A stretch of DNA of 64,000 bases from Moniliella sp. 'wahieum' (GCA_003971905.1 RSEE01000047.1:1-64000), one strand, 5' to 3'. Positions 11,199-24,249 are shown, counted from the stretch's first letter. Notes: generated by a model from the sequence alone, not told the origin. Numbers and translations are program-made.

Positions 11199-13350
11199 GT
11201 ATGTGCACGTTGTGCTAATCAATCTCCAGTCAAAGTCTGTCTGATGGTCGAATGAGAGGAGACGAATGGGTTAAGGGGGGTCGTTTTGTGTATAGGACGG
11301 AAGTAAAAAAGCATGTCATACTGGGAGGCGAGGTCAAAAGTCAGGCGGGGTTGTTGCTGGGATTAAGGGGGAGGCATCTCGTCCTGGCTGGTCCAAGGCG
11401 ATTAAGGTTAACTTCCCTGCTCCAGGCTTGGGCTGATGCTGCACATCATCTACCCTATCCAGATTGCTATCGAGTAGTCGGAGGATGTAGTCTTTAGGAG
11501 GGAGTTTCCCACCTAAGGCCCAAATCGAGAACATGAAAGCGAAACGCACGTCATGCCTCCAGCTCTTAATGCCTCACTGGCCTCACCAAGGTCCGGGGCA
11601 ATACGTTCAGAAGGATGCCAGTTTGTGGGTTCTGCGCCCGGAGAAGCGGAGTCTCTTCCTCCGCAGGCTCCCTAAACTTGGGGTCACGCCGTTTTCAGAG
11701 CCCTGCCTGCATATGATTGGTTCAGCGTCTCGGGTATACTCTTAAGGAACGAGGCCTCTCTTATTCATAGCAGTGTAAAAGAACAATGCAGCTTGCGAGA
11801 GACCGTTGCAGAAGAGGTTGTGGCTTGGGCAGCACTGCTTTTCGAAACAGCAGCTGCATTTGATGGAGATGGTGCAAAGATTTGGCCCGCAGTCAGTCGG
11901 GGCTACATGGCAGTAGAACTGTCATATATCAATGCTGCCAGATGCACTGAGACGTGGGGGGGGGGGGCAGACTAGGAGCTTTGCCAGAATATATCTCTTT
12001 CTTTCCCAGGAACTCGTACCGCGTGCTCTTGAGCGTCACGTTACAGGCACCACAAGAGTAATATGTGGGTGGCGAGGCCCAGTGAGGCAACAGGAGGATG
12101 GACCAAATGGTAGAACCGAATGTGACTACAGCTTAGCCTCCAACTAGCCATTCAATCATCTCTCCTCACCTTGCTAAATGCCATCTGTGGGCTGAGGCGC
12201 TGTTGAGGCCTGACTGGGGCTCGCATCAGACATCCATTTCGGCCCCTCATATAGTATGCGACCGTCCCACTTTTTCTCCTTTTTCCTTTGTTTGCTCCAA
12301 TAAGGTCATTGTCTCTGGCTTTCCACCCAACGAAAACGCGTTTTTGCCATTCTTCTTTTCAGCCCTACCGCGAGCCACGGTGGTAGTATCCGAACTAAGC
12401 CATAGATCACTTCCCCAGCCCATCATCATAAAATTAAACCACTACATCTAGAGGAGTGCGGTGGTACTAGTTCGGACGATGAACAGTGGTGGACCGAGTG
12501 GGCCAGGGACACCGAATGTGTTGTAAAGGGGGGGAGGCAGACACCTTTTGCCTAGCAGGCTGCGGTGCCGCGTGGGACAGAAGGATACAGGGTGTGTTTG
12601 TGCACGCAGCGCGCGCCCCTCTGCTCCTCTCCTCAGGCCTCAGCCTCATCTGATCTGCGATCGTGTCATGCATCATGTCTCGGTACCACCGCTCCGTTCT
12701 TTGCTCCACTCGAAACAGCATTTCGCTCATCATGCATCAACGCCCAACCTGCTTTTTTCATTGCGACCAACATAGCACCACAGACGACGGAGGTCGCCGG
12801 CCAACGTTCGACTCTCTCTACTGGATTAGTGAGTACTGAATACAAAAGTACTTCCGAGAGTGCCTTGTTCTACGATGAAGTAAGTGTGGACCGAGTAGCC
12901 GAGAGTGAAATGGACCGAATGGACAAAGAAGAACTAGGCGGAGGACACCTTTCCACCCCAGGCGCCGTGGGCTCCACAAGGCCCAATAGAGCCGGCCTGA
13001 CATCGGTACCTTTCTTGGGTTGGGCCAGTGTTGTGCCTGGATCAATGCACCATCGACGCCCTTGCTGGAGTAAGAATATGGTGGCACTACTCACGCCTTA
13101 CTCTCATCCTGTGACCGACGTCGGGTGGTGATCATGTGGTGGGGTTTGGAACGCCCGCAGGGACGGTGCAACGGCGAGCAGCGCTGCTGAGGCTCAGCTG
13201 CCAGCTGGCGCTGATCGCTGATGGATGAAGAAAAGCCACCGCGGATGGCAGGGCAGGTGGGATTGTGACACGTGAGAATAGGCGAGCGTGCCTCCCCAGT
13301 CTCTCCCGTGTCTCTCCCCACCGCGTCGACTTGACGGGGCCCCTGCTGGA

Positions 13351-13410
13351 GGCCAGTGCCAGCCAGTGCCAGCCAGTGCCAGCCAGTGCCAGCCAGTGCG
13401 TGCCAGTGCC
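13351..13410 (+). repeat. 10-bp tandem repeat (AGCCAGTGCC, about 6 copies) upstream of galactokinase
   Basis: Direct reading. Confidence 0.9.
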
Positions 13411-13690
13411 TGTCTCGGCCTTTGCAGCCTGCGCCTCTCGCGGGGCACCGTGGGGCGGCGAGCGGGGTGTCTGAGAACTGGCGCACCCGCCGCATGTTGC
13501 ACCGGCCCTCCAGCACACTGCCTCCATGTGCCCGTCACCCTGGCCGGTGCGCACGGATCAGAGTGCGCACGCCGCTATATTTGGGCGTGCCCAAGCCACC
13601 GGCCTCCCATCTTCCATCACCATCACCGCCACTACCACCACCACCATTCCCATTACCACTTCTACCTCCACCACCTCCCACCCCCCTGCC

Positions 13691-15396
13691 ATGTCCTCGC
13701 ACCCCCCCGAAGACGTCATCCCCGTGCACGACTCCCTCGGTGAGATCTACTCTGCGGAGCGCCTGCCCCGCGAGCAGGCTCGCTGGCACGCCCTCCACAA
13801 TGCCTTCCAAGCCCAGTTTGGAACCCGCCTCGACTTTGTCGCCCGTGCCCCTGGCCGTGTCAATATGATCGGCGAGCACGTCGACCACCAGGGCTTCTCC
13901 GTCTTGCCGGCCTCGATTGAGATGGATATTCTCATGGCCACCCACGTCGAGTGGAGCAAGAATGTCACCCCGCCCAACCAGACGACTGAGTTTGTCCTCC
14001 ACAATGTCACCCCGCGTTTTGAGGGTACCTCCTTTACCACTACTTGGAAAGAAGGCCTGCCGGACGTGCAGCTCCACAACTCTGGTCCCGACCGCTGGGC
14101 CAACTACTTTAAAGTCGCCCTCCACGGCCTTCTGCCTCACCTTCCCGCCGCGACGACCGCAGCAACGACACCCAAGCCTGTGCGGGTCAGCATCTTGGTC
14201 GATGGCACGGTCCCCCCCGAGTCGAGCTTGTCCAGTTCGGCAGCCATGACCACAGTAAGCAGCATCTTGATTCTCGAGGCGCTGGGCGTGCGCCAGTTTA
14301 TCGATCGCAAAGAGATGGCCAATGTGGCCATCGAGTCGGAACGTCTGGTGGGCGTAAGCTCGGGTGGCATGGACCAGTCGGCCTCCATTTTTGGCCGGCC
14401 CGGGTACTTGCTGCACATTGGATTTGTACCCCACCTCTGGATCCACCCGATTCTTGCCCCGCATGGTCCGCCCAAGACGGAGTCGTACAAGTGGTTGATC
14501 GCCAACACACTTGTCGTTTCCGACAAGAAGTTTCGGGCCCAATCCACTACAACCTTCGTACCGCTGAGCTTCGCATGTCAACGCGGGCGCTGGGCAAAGC
14601 GCTCGGCATTGCACCCACCCCTACTAACTATACTCTCAACGGTATGTTGGTGACTACTTCAAGCTCCATCCAGTTGATAAGCTATGGTACGTTACTTCGG
14701 ACGAGCGGGCCGAGTGGCTCAAGGAAGCCGGTGAGGAAGGTGTGCGCATCAAGTTTTTCGAATCGCTCGCGCTCTCCCACTTGCCTAAGGAGCCTGTGAC
14801 TCGGCCGAGGCCGAGACTTTGACCGGGTATGAAGGTGAGGCATTCACCAAGGAGTTCCTCACTACCTTCCCTGTCAAGGCAGAAAAGTTTGACCTTTTCA
14901 AGCGCACCAAGCACGTATTTGACGAGGCGTATCGCACTCTCCGCTTTGTTACGCTCCTCCAAGTGGCAGCGTCGCGGGCTGAGAACGATGAGATCCCGAG
15001 GCTGATGCCGCGGTGCTTTACAAGCAACTGGGTGAGCTAATCAACCAATCCCACTACTCGATGCGTGACTTCTATGAGGCTTCCTGCCCTGAACTTGAGG
15101 ATGTCACAACGATTGCGCGCAAAGCAGGTGCCCTTGGTGCCCGTTTGACAGGTACGCCCCTTCTCCCTGCCATGTTGAAGAAGAGACGATGCTGACTGAT
15201 TTCTGGAATAGGTGCGGGCTGGGGAGGATCAACCGTCATCCTGGTACCTGGGAGCAAGGTGCCTGCTGTAATCAAGGCGCTGACCGAGCAGTACTTTGCT
15301 GTGCGCCACCCGGAGCTGGATCAAAACGGTTTGAACGATGCTTTGCTTCTCACGGAGCCGGCGGGCGGAGCATGCGTATACAAGCAGACGATCTAA
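13691..15396 (+). CDS. GAL1: Galactokinase (GHMP kinase), frameshifted in the assembly
   Basis: '[13 protein letters not shown]', 'SSLSSSAA', 'SGGMDQ', 'YNLR', 'SCPELE'. Intron 15152-15211 rebuilds 'GARLTGAGWGG'. Stop TAA at 15394-15396. Frame changes near 14530 and 15000. Confidence 0.95.
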
Positions 15397-15739
15397 CACG
15401 ATCTGATCTCTGATTGCTCCCGGACATGGGTTTTGCTTAGTTGCTGTCGCCCCACCCGCACTCGGGGCTATGTCCTATTGGAGCGGCAGTCAGTTGTGCT
15501 ACATCCTCGCCAAGTGCACTTAATGAACGAACAGCGTGAGCGTTCAGAGTGAATCTAAACGCGGAAGATATTACTGATGCCAATATTATGATGTAAAAGA
15601 TGCGCATGATTAGTGATGCATGATGAGTGATGGTCGATGGACGTAGATGCCGATGGCGGCGCTGTGAGTCCGGAATACGTCGGAGTTGAAACGACGTGAG
15701 TCTATTTTTGGCCATCTGCCACCATCTCCCGTAGGCACG

Positions 15740-17483
15740 ATGCAAGAGGGACAGCGGTTGCTTACCAGAGTCGAAGCTGGCATTGAGGAGGAAGGCGAAG
15801 TGCATCCTCCCATCCCCGCCTCAAGCCAGAGAGTGAGCCAACGCTCCCGCCCATGCGGAAACTGGCACCCATTCTGGTGGCGCTATGGGTGCCGGCCCTG
15901 GCGAGCGGGGTGGAGGGCACAGTGGTCACAACGCTTTTGGAGAGTGTGGGGAGTACCTTCCGCTCGGCAGAGAATGCGTCATGGCTCGGAACTGCCTTTC
16001 TTTGACGCTGTGCTGCGGCACACCCCTCTCGTCTCGAGTATGCGAGAGCCTGGGGCGTAGGTCCACGCTCCTTTTCTCCGAGGGACTGTTTACCTTTGCT
16101 ACATTTCTGTGTGGGATCTCCCCAGTATGGGAGCCTTGGTTGCGGCCCGTGCTCTCGCTGGGTTGGGTGCCGCAGGATTGGTGACAACGGTGAGTATTGT
16201 CATGTCCGATTTGGTACCGATGCGGCAACGAGCCTGGTACCAAGGGTTGACCAACCTTTGGTTCTCGGCCGGGCTGGGGCTGGGGGGGCCCTTAGGTGGA
16301 TGGGCCGCTGACACGGTCGGATGACAAGCTGGTTTTTCTTTGCAAGTTCCCTTGCTGTTGTTGGCCGTAGGCCTGACCTGGGTCTATGTACCCGAGGGCT
16401 CAGCTGCTCGGACCAAATGGGAGTGGAGCCGGGTCGACTTGATGGGTACGGTGCTCTTGTTCTGTGGGATCGCCATTCCCCTCACGTCCCTCAGTATTAT
16501 GGGTACGCAGGATATGGGGGTTTCGAATGTACGCGCCTGGGGTGGTCTCCTCTGGGTGGGGGTGCATCTTGGCTTTCTACCTGAATGAGAAACGACCCGT
16601 TTCCCATTCTTCCCCTCTCTTTACTCCATCGCCTCGAGCCTCAACGGAATGGCGCATGCCATCTCTAGTTTGTCCCTGTGTACTGCCGTCTTTGCGTTCT
16701 TGTATTCGGTGCCGGATTTGTACCAAGCTGTACTGGGCACCAGTGCATCGCGTGCGGGCATGCTGATGCTTCCCTACTCGATCTGCATCTCTCCTCGGTT
16801 CCATCATCGCCGGTGCTCACATCAGAACCCACGGCACGTTTAGGCGCTTCACTCTGTACTCAAGCTATGGCATGTGGCTTCCTCTGCCCTTTTCCTCGGC
16901 ACCACTGTCTATCTTCCTCTCATCCTCCGGTACCCGGAACGGAATATGTGCTCTGTTTGGGCGCGATGCCAATGAGTTTTGGATTCGCAGCGACGGTGAC
17001 AACCAACCTGATTGCCTTGTTGCACGGGGTTCCTCGTACCTCCATTCCCCTCGCCACCGGAATGTCTTATCTCTTTCGCCAGGCGGGCCAAGTGTTTGGG
17101 GTAGCTTGGGCCGGGGCTATGGTTCAATCACTGCTGCGGTTTCTCTTGCCAGGCGCACTTTCCTCCCCGATCGACAGGGCAATGTGCTTTCCCCCGACGA
17201 ACGGACACGATGGGCGCAACGGTTACGACACGAACCAACCCGGCTGCCTTCGCTTCCTTCTCACCTAGTGGGCCCGGCAAGAGCCGCGTACGCCCGAGCT
17301 CAAGTGTCGGTTTACCTGTTGGTTTTCCTTGGTGTGGCTGTAGCTACACTTGCCAACAGCCAACTGGACGAGACGGGTTTTGCTCAACCCACAGTCTCAA
17401 ACGCCAGAGGTTGGGAACGAGACGCCGAACCCGCAGTCACGTTATGGTGCAACGGAGCAAGAACCTTGAGTAAGCACACATGA
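15740..17483 (+). CDS. MFS DHA2/Vba-like 14-TM transporter (several frameshifts and one in-frame TGA; possibly a pseudogene)
   Basis: 'LVAARALAGLGAAG..SIVMSDLVPMRQRAWYQG', 'GGPLGG', 'RVDLMG', 'ATGMSYLFRQAGQVFGVA' are spread over several frames. Confidence 0.8.
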
Positions 17484-17692
17484 TCTTTTACCGTCGTCGA
17501 ATGAAGACGAAGACTTCGATCGTCTTTGCTTGTAAAAGGCGTAGCGATGAGGCTCGTCTTGTGATGCTGGGAATGCGGCACACGATAGTGGAATGTGGTG
17601 AGGCCTGGAGAGGCTTTGGCTGGCTGAACCGGATGGCTTAAGAAGGCAGATGGGTGGGCAGAGCGACATATTGTTGGAGAATGAAAAAAAAA

Positions 17693-17799
17693 CGACACCT
17701 GTGAGATTCGAACTCACGCCCTCAGAGAGGATTCGCTGGCCCTTGAAGCAAGGTGCTACATATAGCAGGCGAACGGGGTAACCACTGCCCTAAAGTGTC
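17693..17799 (-). tRNA. tRNA-Ser(GCT) with ~25-nt intron and long variable arm
   Basis: Minus strand reads GACACTT..AGGTGTC acceptor, TTCGC-CT-GCT-A/intron/A-GCGAA anticodon arm, CCTC-TCT-GAGG variable arm and GTGAG-TTCGAAT-CTCAC T arm, followed by an oligo-T terminator. Confidence 0.93.
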
Positions 17800-19526
17800 G
17801 ATTGGTTCAATTGCGTTTTGTCCTCAAACTTAACCGTAAAACCACTCACACCAACTCTCCAGATAACACGAATTGCCTTCTGTGTCCTCGATCGTATTTC
17901 AGAGCAGGCTAAGATCTTATGGAGATCGAGGGAGATGCTGTACCTATTCCACATAGCCTGCCAAAGCTCGATTCTATATACATCAGGATCTACACGCGCT
18001 ATAGGCCCGCACCAAAAGCTATTTTTGGTACAGATCGAGTTGTTTCGGTTGGAAAAGAGCGACAGCCTGAGTACATGCCCGTCAATGGGTACTTTCGCGC
18101 TGCGCCGCAGTTCGTCTAGACCAAGGCCGAAGAGTTCCGGCACGGCACGCATATGGCTGGGGTTATTGTCCGTTTTCTGGACAGACTAATCGCGCAGACT
18201 TGCCTTGTTCAAATCGGGGTCATGCGCTGTGTTTTGATCTCCCGCATCTGATCCTTTTGTGCAGCTGGGCCCGCAGCGTTGCATAGCACCCGGCGGGCCC
18301 AATCATTTTCGGCAATGATGAACCCCTTCCAGTGAATGGGGTCAAGCCCAACCTTCTTGGTGATGAGGGGGGAAAGGAGGTTTCTACTCAGGTAGCCTTT
18401 TTTGAGTGAGGGGACTGAACTTGTCTATGTTGCCAGAAGCACCATGATTGCATGCGGACAAAAGATGGTGGACAGAGCCGCGGTTCTATGATAATCGGGT
18501 TCATCGTTGCTGCCAACACCTCGGCACGGAACATCTCTTCGGGCATGTTAAGGCAGACTTGCATCTCGCCCTTGCTGCGACCTTCTTGCCTATCTCATTC
18601 TCGGCTCAGCCCGGGCAGATGAACTGGCTGTCATGGGGTCGGGAAACGGACCGAGGGCAAGAGGTTATACGCAAAACCGGCGGCCGCCTCCTTGAAAGAA
18701 GCCCTGACTGCTTTGTGGCGCATGCCGCATCGACCAAGCAGGGTCTGGCAGGGCTAGAATTAGTGCAAACATGCTACCGAACAACCAGCGCTGGTGTGTT
18801 GTTACCACTTCACAGGTCCCAAGAAATGGGCAGAAGGATGCATAGCGTTTTTGATTCCAGTCAACAGAAGAAGGGTACATGCACAGCCCGTTACGCGGGT
18901 GTTGCGCATTGGCATGAGGCCATCTGCTTCTCGCAACAGGGACTGCAAACGCACACTTGCTAAAAGCACAGATGTTAGTTTTGAGCAGTGCTGCTGCCTC
19001 CGGGAACGACGATGGAGTCCTGGCTGCTGGCTGGGAGGACAGGAGACCACACGCACGCGTGGAGGCCTTAGGATGCGGGAGAGGCGAAGCAAAGCAACAG
19101 CGCAACGTTAAACAAGTCCTACAATCGCAGGGGGGAGGCAAGCCCCTGCGATCCATAGTCTACTCAGTACTCAGGTTCAATCCTTCTCATGACGAAAGAG
19201 ACTACAGGTCAACAAGTCCAGTAGCGGTCATAACCCAATACTTGATTGAGAAAATGGCTTGAGAGGGACAGCAGACGCTAGAGTCCCACTCAGGATACAT
19301 GAATGGAAGAGGGGAGGTGGGAAAAGAACAGAAAGCAGCCCACTGTGTGATATATGGGGGAGAACCAGACTCAATGTCTGGCAGGGAATCGCGGCAAAGA
19401 GGGGGGATCATAGAGCCAAGCGGATGTGGGCAGCAGGAGAACGGCAAGCACAAAGCCTAACGGGCCGACAGCGGAAGAGGAAGGGTTGCCATTGTCACAT
19501 GGGCTTACCAAGGCATGGCATGGCGT

Positions 19527-19824
19527 TTAGCCGGCGCGAGCGCGGTTCTGGGCCTCAGCCTGCTTCACACGGGCCTCGAGGGTAGAGGTCTTGGCGAGCT
19601 GGGCGGCAGTGGGCTGGCCGTCGTGAAGGGCCGGGTTTGGCCGGTCGGAGTAACGGGTGGCATCGGCGTTGCTGCCCTGGTAGGACGAGGTGGTACGGGT
19701 CAGGCCTTCCTGAGCGGCAGGCTTGGAGGTCTTTTCGGGCGAGGAGAAGCAAGAACCCTGGGGAGGCAAGGGAGGGTTAATAGGGGACAGAGGGCGGGCA
19801 CGCAGCACAAGGGACACGCACCAT
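19527..19824 (-). CDS. Small (~77 aa) protein with MGSCFSS N-terminus, ATG-only first coding exon
   Basis: ATG (19824-19822), then intron 19821-19758 (GTGCGT...CCCCAG), then GGT TCT TGC TTC TCC..., open to the stop at 19527. Confidence 0.7.
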
Positions 19825-21459
19825 GATGAGGGAATAGGAGCTGGGTGGGGGGTGAGAGCAGTAGAGGTGGTGGTGGGGAATAAAACGCGGGCGACGGGGC
19901 CAGGGGCGCAGAAACTTTATAGCGACGGCGGAGGGGCGGGGAACGGGCGACTGTGGGCTACTGGGAGAGAGGGGCGTGCGGGGCGCAGGGGCAGTGTGAA
20001 GAAGGTGCGCGGCAATGCGCGGTGGTCGTGCGCGTGCAGCAGAGAGGACGCAGTGTGCCGTGCCGCGCAGTGCCCCCCGACCGACGCGGAGAGGATGATC
20101 GATGATCCTGAGACTTGCCCGACTTGCGTGGGGCAGTATTCTTGACGCATGATGGATGGTGCAGAGAGCGGGCTGGGTGATTCCGAAGCCAAGGGAGCAG
20201 GGCAGCCAGCAGGACCCAGCTCGGAAGTCAAGGCGGTGTGACATTGGCATGGGACATGGCCCTGGCGGTGGACATGGATGGACATGGCTGGACTGGACAT
20301 GGGCATGGTGCATGGACGTCGACATGGGACAGGCGACAGGTGACATGGTGACAGGCGACACTGAACGGGTGCTGCATCTGGCTTGTGCGCACTGGCGTTC
20401 AGTCGAAGAACGCTGAGGCGCTGAGTCCTGGAGAGCTGAGGCACGGAGGCGCTGAGCAGCAGGCAGCAGGGGTGAGCGCTGAGCGAGTGAGCGCTGTGCC
20501 GCTGAGCTCTGACCAATGATTGGATGACCTGTGACCGGTGACCGGTGACCGCACAGATTGATGATCCGGGGGCACCGAGTGGGGGCAGTGTGGGCAGGGC
20601 TGGGCGCATCCATTAGCGCTGGGCAGTAGGCCAGCTGTGCGGCGAGAACCGGGCTGGGCTGCTGGGGCGCCCGTCTGAGCGTCTGAGATCTGGGCCGAGG
20701 CAGTGCACTGTTAATGCGGTTACTAGGTTGCTCTCCCACAGCAAGGGCGGCCACAGGGATCGATCGATACTCTACACCCGAGCAGCCACCACGTCTGCAG
20801 CTTCTTGCCGCGGTGCGTCAGCAGCAGCGACAATTGCCATTGCCAACGGGCGCTGCTGGCCGTTGCGCGGCACCCGCACCCGCCCTGGTGGCAATCGACA
20901 ATCCACAAAAGTCAGGCCGTGGCACAGGAGGGCACAGCGTCGGCCTGGCTAGCCTGCTCGCGCTTTGGAGAGACTGATGCCAGTGAGCCAGTGTGACCCT
21001 GAGGCTTAGGCCAGCCTGAGGCCCTGAGGCTCAGGCCGATGGGAGAACGAGATGGTCAGGAGACTACACACTGCGATCGAGCTGGAATAGGCTGGAATCC
21101 ATCACGCATCAGCCATGGCATGCATGAGCATGAACGCTCCGCGCCAGGGGGCAAGGGCGCAGCGAGCGCATGCCAAGGGCTGCGCGTAGACACACATACG
21201 TACCTCCTTCTCAGATCGCAGATCTCAATCTCACATCCCAGATCCCAGGTCGATCTCAACCACTAATCATCGATCTCAATTATCTCAGACTCACTGGCCA
21301 TTGTTTCAACGTTCAACCTCCATTCTCAACACGCAGATCCTCTGGCACGCTTCCGCAGCGTCCGCTCCACCAACACCAGGGGCATCACATTGTCACGGTA
21401 CTCAGGACATCCAACTAGACGTTCAGTCTAACGCGTGTCACATATTCACATTCAATAAG

Positions 21460-21548
21460 TGGCTAGTGACTAGTGACTAGTGGCTAGTGAAGCTTGAAGC
21501 TTGAAGCTTGAAGCTAATGATTAATGACATGTGACATGTGACATGTGA
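21460..21548 (+). repeat. Longest 7-bp-period TGA-[palindromic tetramer] array (12 units, 4 cores)
   Basis: TGG CTAG TGA CTAG TGA CTAG TGG CTAG TGA AGCT TGA AGCT TGA AGCT TGA AGCT AA TGA TTAA TGA CATG TGA CATG TGA CATG TGA. Confidence 0.92.
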
Positions 21549-22386
21549 CACAGCGACATGTGTGTGCACATGTCACGCGCCACGTGTGTGATGGAATGGA
21601 TTCGTTCAGGTGATCTGTCAACCATTCCTGTCACATGTCATTTTCATCGTACCCGGTCTTCTCTTTCCTCTACCAACGATTGCCTTGCCTCCTTTGGAGC
21701 ACTGGGAGTACTTGGTTCGCTCTATTTGCCGCTTCCCCGACATCTCCCCACGGCCCAGTTGGGGGTACTCGATACTCCCTGATGCTCCTGCTTCTTGGGT
21801 GGCGCTGAGGGCATCGGAATGAGAAGCGGCACTAGTGACGTGCCACTCTTTCAGTGCCTGTCGAGTTGGAGCGGCCACCTCCACCACAGACCACACCACG
21901 TTGAAGGTAGTAGCCCAAAAGTTAACCAACAAACTGCGTCCCACATTCGGGAGGGGCCCAAGCCAGGCTTTTCTCCTTGTGGAGCCGGGCTTGTTAGAGT
22001 ATGCCAGCATGATCGTGCACTCACATGCCATTTACTTTTGCGGCCAAGCCACTGGTATGCGGAAGTCTTCTCTTTGTTCTGCCTCTCGAGCGCATCGCAC
22101 AGGGTATCCCTTGCGGGCCTCCTTCCCCGTCCTTTCTTCTCTCCCTGTTGTACACAAGGTCGGACTAACATCAGCGCGTCATGAGCTTACGAGAAACTAT
22201 TTCGGATTGTTTCCTCCCTTCCCTTGCACAATGCAATCGTCCTTGGCTTGGTAGCGTAGCTACTTCTCAGTGAATGGACAGCCGCCGTTCTGGGCTCACA
22301 TTGAGGTGACCGATCCATCGCGCTCACCCATTGATCACCCAGTATAGCGCTTCGCCCTAGCCCCCATTCCATTCTTTCGTGGTAGC

Positions 22387-23227
22387 TGTCATGGCGAGGG
22401 GGTCCCGAGGTGGGACCCCCTCTGTAGTTTAGGGGGTATAAACCCTTGGACAGGCCAATCGGTGTCTCGTACGTTAGGTCCTGCTCCAGATCCTGTGGTT
22501 GAACCGAGCGGATGTAGAGGCGAGGAAGAGACCCTTTAGTTCGGGTTACTGCCTGCGTGCAAAGGCCGCAGCTCAGACCCTCCTAAGGTAGGAGCCGCGT
22601 ACGTAGGTCGTTATACAAGTTAAAGGGGTCCAGGAGCTCCGAAGTTACTCTGTTCCTCGTAGCGTTACCAGACTCGGTACGCTGTAGTATGCGGAAGCGC
22701 TACTAATGAGAGTAACCGCATCAGCTTGCAGTGTACTCGACGTAAGTCGTAAATTCGTAAGCGTAAAAATGGTAGAAGGTAGAAGGGCGAGAGAGGAAAT
22801 AGTAGTCGGGGGGAACAAAGACAGGATGGCCGACAAGGACCACATCCAGCAAGCCTTAGACATGGCTGCTTATATACAACAGAAGGAATCAGGCCTCAAG
22901 TGCCCCCATGATAATAGGTATAGACAGAATGCGGGGCACTTTCCAGAGAGGTAAAGACTAATGCACAGCCCATGCTCTCAAGGGCGCTGACGCTGCGTAG
23001 TCGGGCGCAGCAGGAAGGATTATTTCTGCAAGACTGAGTGCAATGGGCACAAAGCATCGTATCGATGAGCGCATGCGACCATGGCGGGCCGCGGATGATA
23101 TCCGCAGCATGGATAAGGTGTTGTCTGGCTCTCTCTCGCTAGTCTAACAGGACTGACGCGTGTTGGGCTGAGATGTCTACGACATGCGGGACTCAGCGTC
23201 CGCAGATAACCGGAGCGCCCCGTAACT
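22387..23227 (-). mobile_element. Probable solo LTR (~840 bp)
   Basis: Ends are TGTCATGG and CCGTAAC(T), imperfect inverted termini of LTR type. There is a TATA-like TATATAA on the minus strand (~22869-22875), an 11-bp hairpin at 22396-22422 and no long ORF. No target-site duplication was found. Confidence 0.55.
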
Positions 23228-23524
23228 TCCTACTACTACTCTTCCGCCCTCCCTAGTCCTAACCCGAAGAGAGCGACTTCTCCATCGTTCTCTCTACCCT
23301 CAACGAGGGCCCACCCCTAAATCCTATTACGTCATCACTTTTCCCTCCGCCCCAAACCCACTCCACGCCACTCTCACCCCAACCTCTCCACCCCCAACCT
23401 CCACTGCCACGACTACTAATACTACTTGACAACTCCCTTCCTCCCAACCCCATTTTCCCCACCGTTGCTACCAACCTTCCCCCGCTTTCACCACTACCAC
23501 TACTCTGTACCACTCCTACCCAGC

Positions 23525-24249
23525 ATGAACAGCGACAGTGAAGCGGGCAATCAGTTGACTCCGCCGACCCAGGCTGCTCCTGCGATGGTCTGGCCGCAGT
23601 GTTCCTGCGCAACGGCCCTCATGATGATAGTTACCATCGCGTTCTTACGGCACTCCCACACATTTTCAATGGCGACGCGGTTGTTGAAGAAATTGCGCGC
23701 TGGGACAAAAATGGCAAGCCGAAAGCAGGGTCGCCTGTACCTGACGACGGCCCTGAGTACGAAGTGGCTGAACTGGTTTCCTACTGCATTAACACTCTGG
23801 GCAAGAAATTCATCAAGGCAAAGGATCTGTTGTTTGTTAAAGTCATCGTCACAACCCGCCCCAAGGACACCGTGGCAAGTCTCCAAGCCCAGCTCCTCCA
23901 GCTAGTAACTGATCTTTGCAGTCACAATGTGGATCTGGCATGGCGTTCCTACTACCGTCTCGCCAACTTTCTGTTTAGTGACGATGACTTTATCCCCATC
24001 GTTACTTCCGTCGATCCTGTCTTCGCATTTGACAAGCTCGGTGTTGCAAAGGACTCGCCTCTGTACAAAGCACAACGCGACGGCCTAAGCTGGGCAGATT
24101 TTGACGCGGCCAATGCTGCAGCATTTCATACTTCGTGGTCTCCGACGCGGCGTTCCCTTGCTCTTCGCGAGAATCTTGAAGAGTGGACCAAATTTCTGCA
24201 CTTTCCATTAATGCTGTTCTTCTTCCTGGCGATCACCTATATCCTGTAG
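23525..24249 (+). CDS. Hypothetical protein (possibly transposon-derived or degenerate)
   Basis: 216-codon open frame 23599..24249 with globular composition. A likely upstream ATG at 23525 is in another frame. No recognised family. Confidence 0.35.

Noticed and set aside
13400..13690. Gal4 UAS (CGG-N11-CCG) upstream of galactokinase
   Set aside because: The CGG/CCG pairs I checked did not have 11-nt spacing.
16322..16324. Alternative genetic code (TGA=Trp)
   Set aside because: Single instance; conserved Trp elsewhere uses TGG, and TGA terminates other genes (for example at 35624 and 1296).
17800..19300. Possible degraded coding or transposon sequence (also 11250-12450, 34550-35540, 57850-58650)
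   Set aside because: Short ORFs only and no motif I can recognise.
21460..21548. CRISPR-like repeat-spacer array or synthetic polylinker
   Set aside because: Units are 7 bp, there are no cas genes and the context is eukaryotic. The same pattern is dispersed and degenerate across the window, unlike a vector multiple cloning site.
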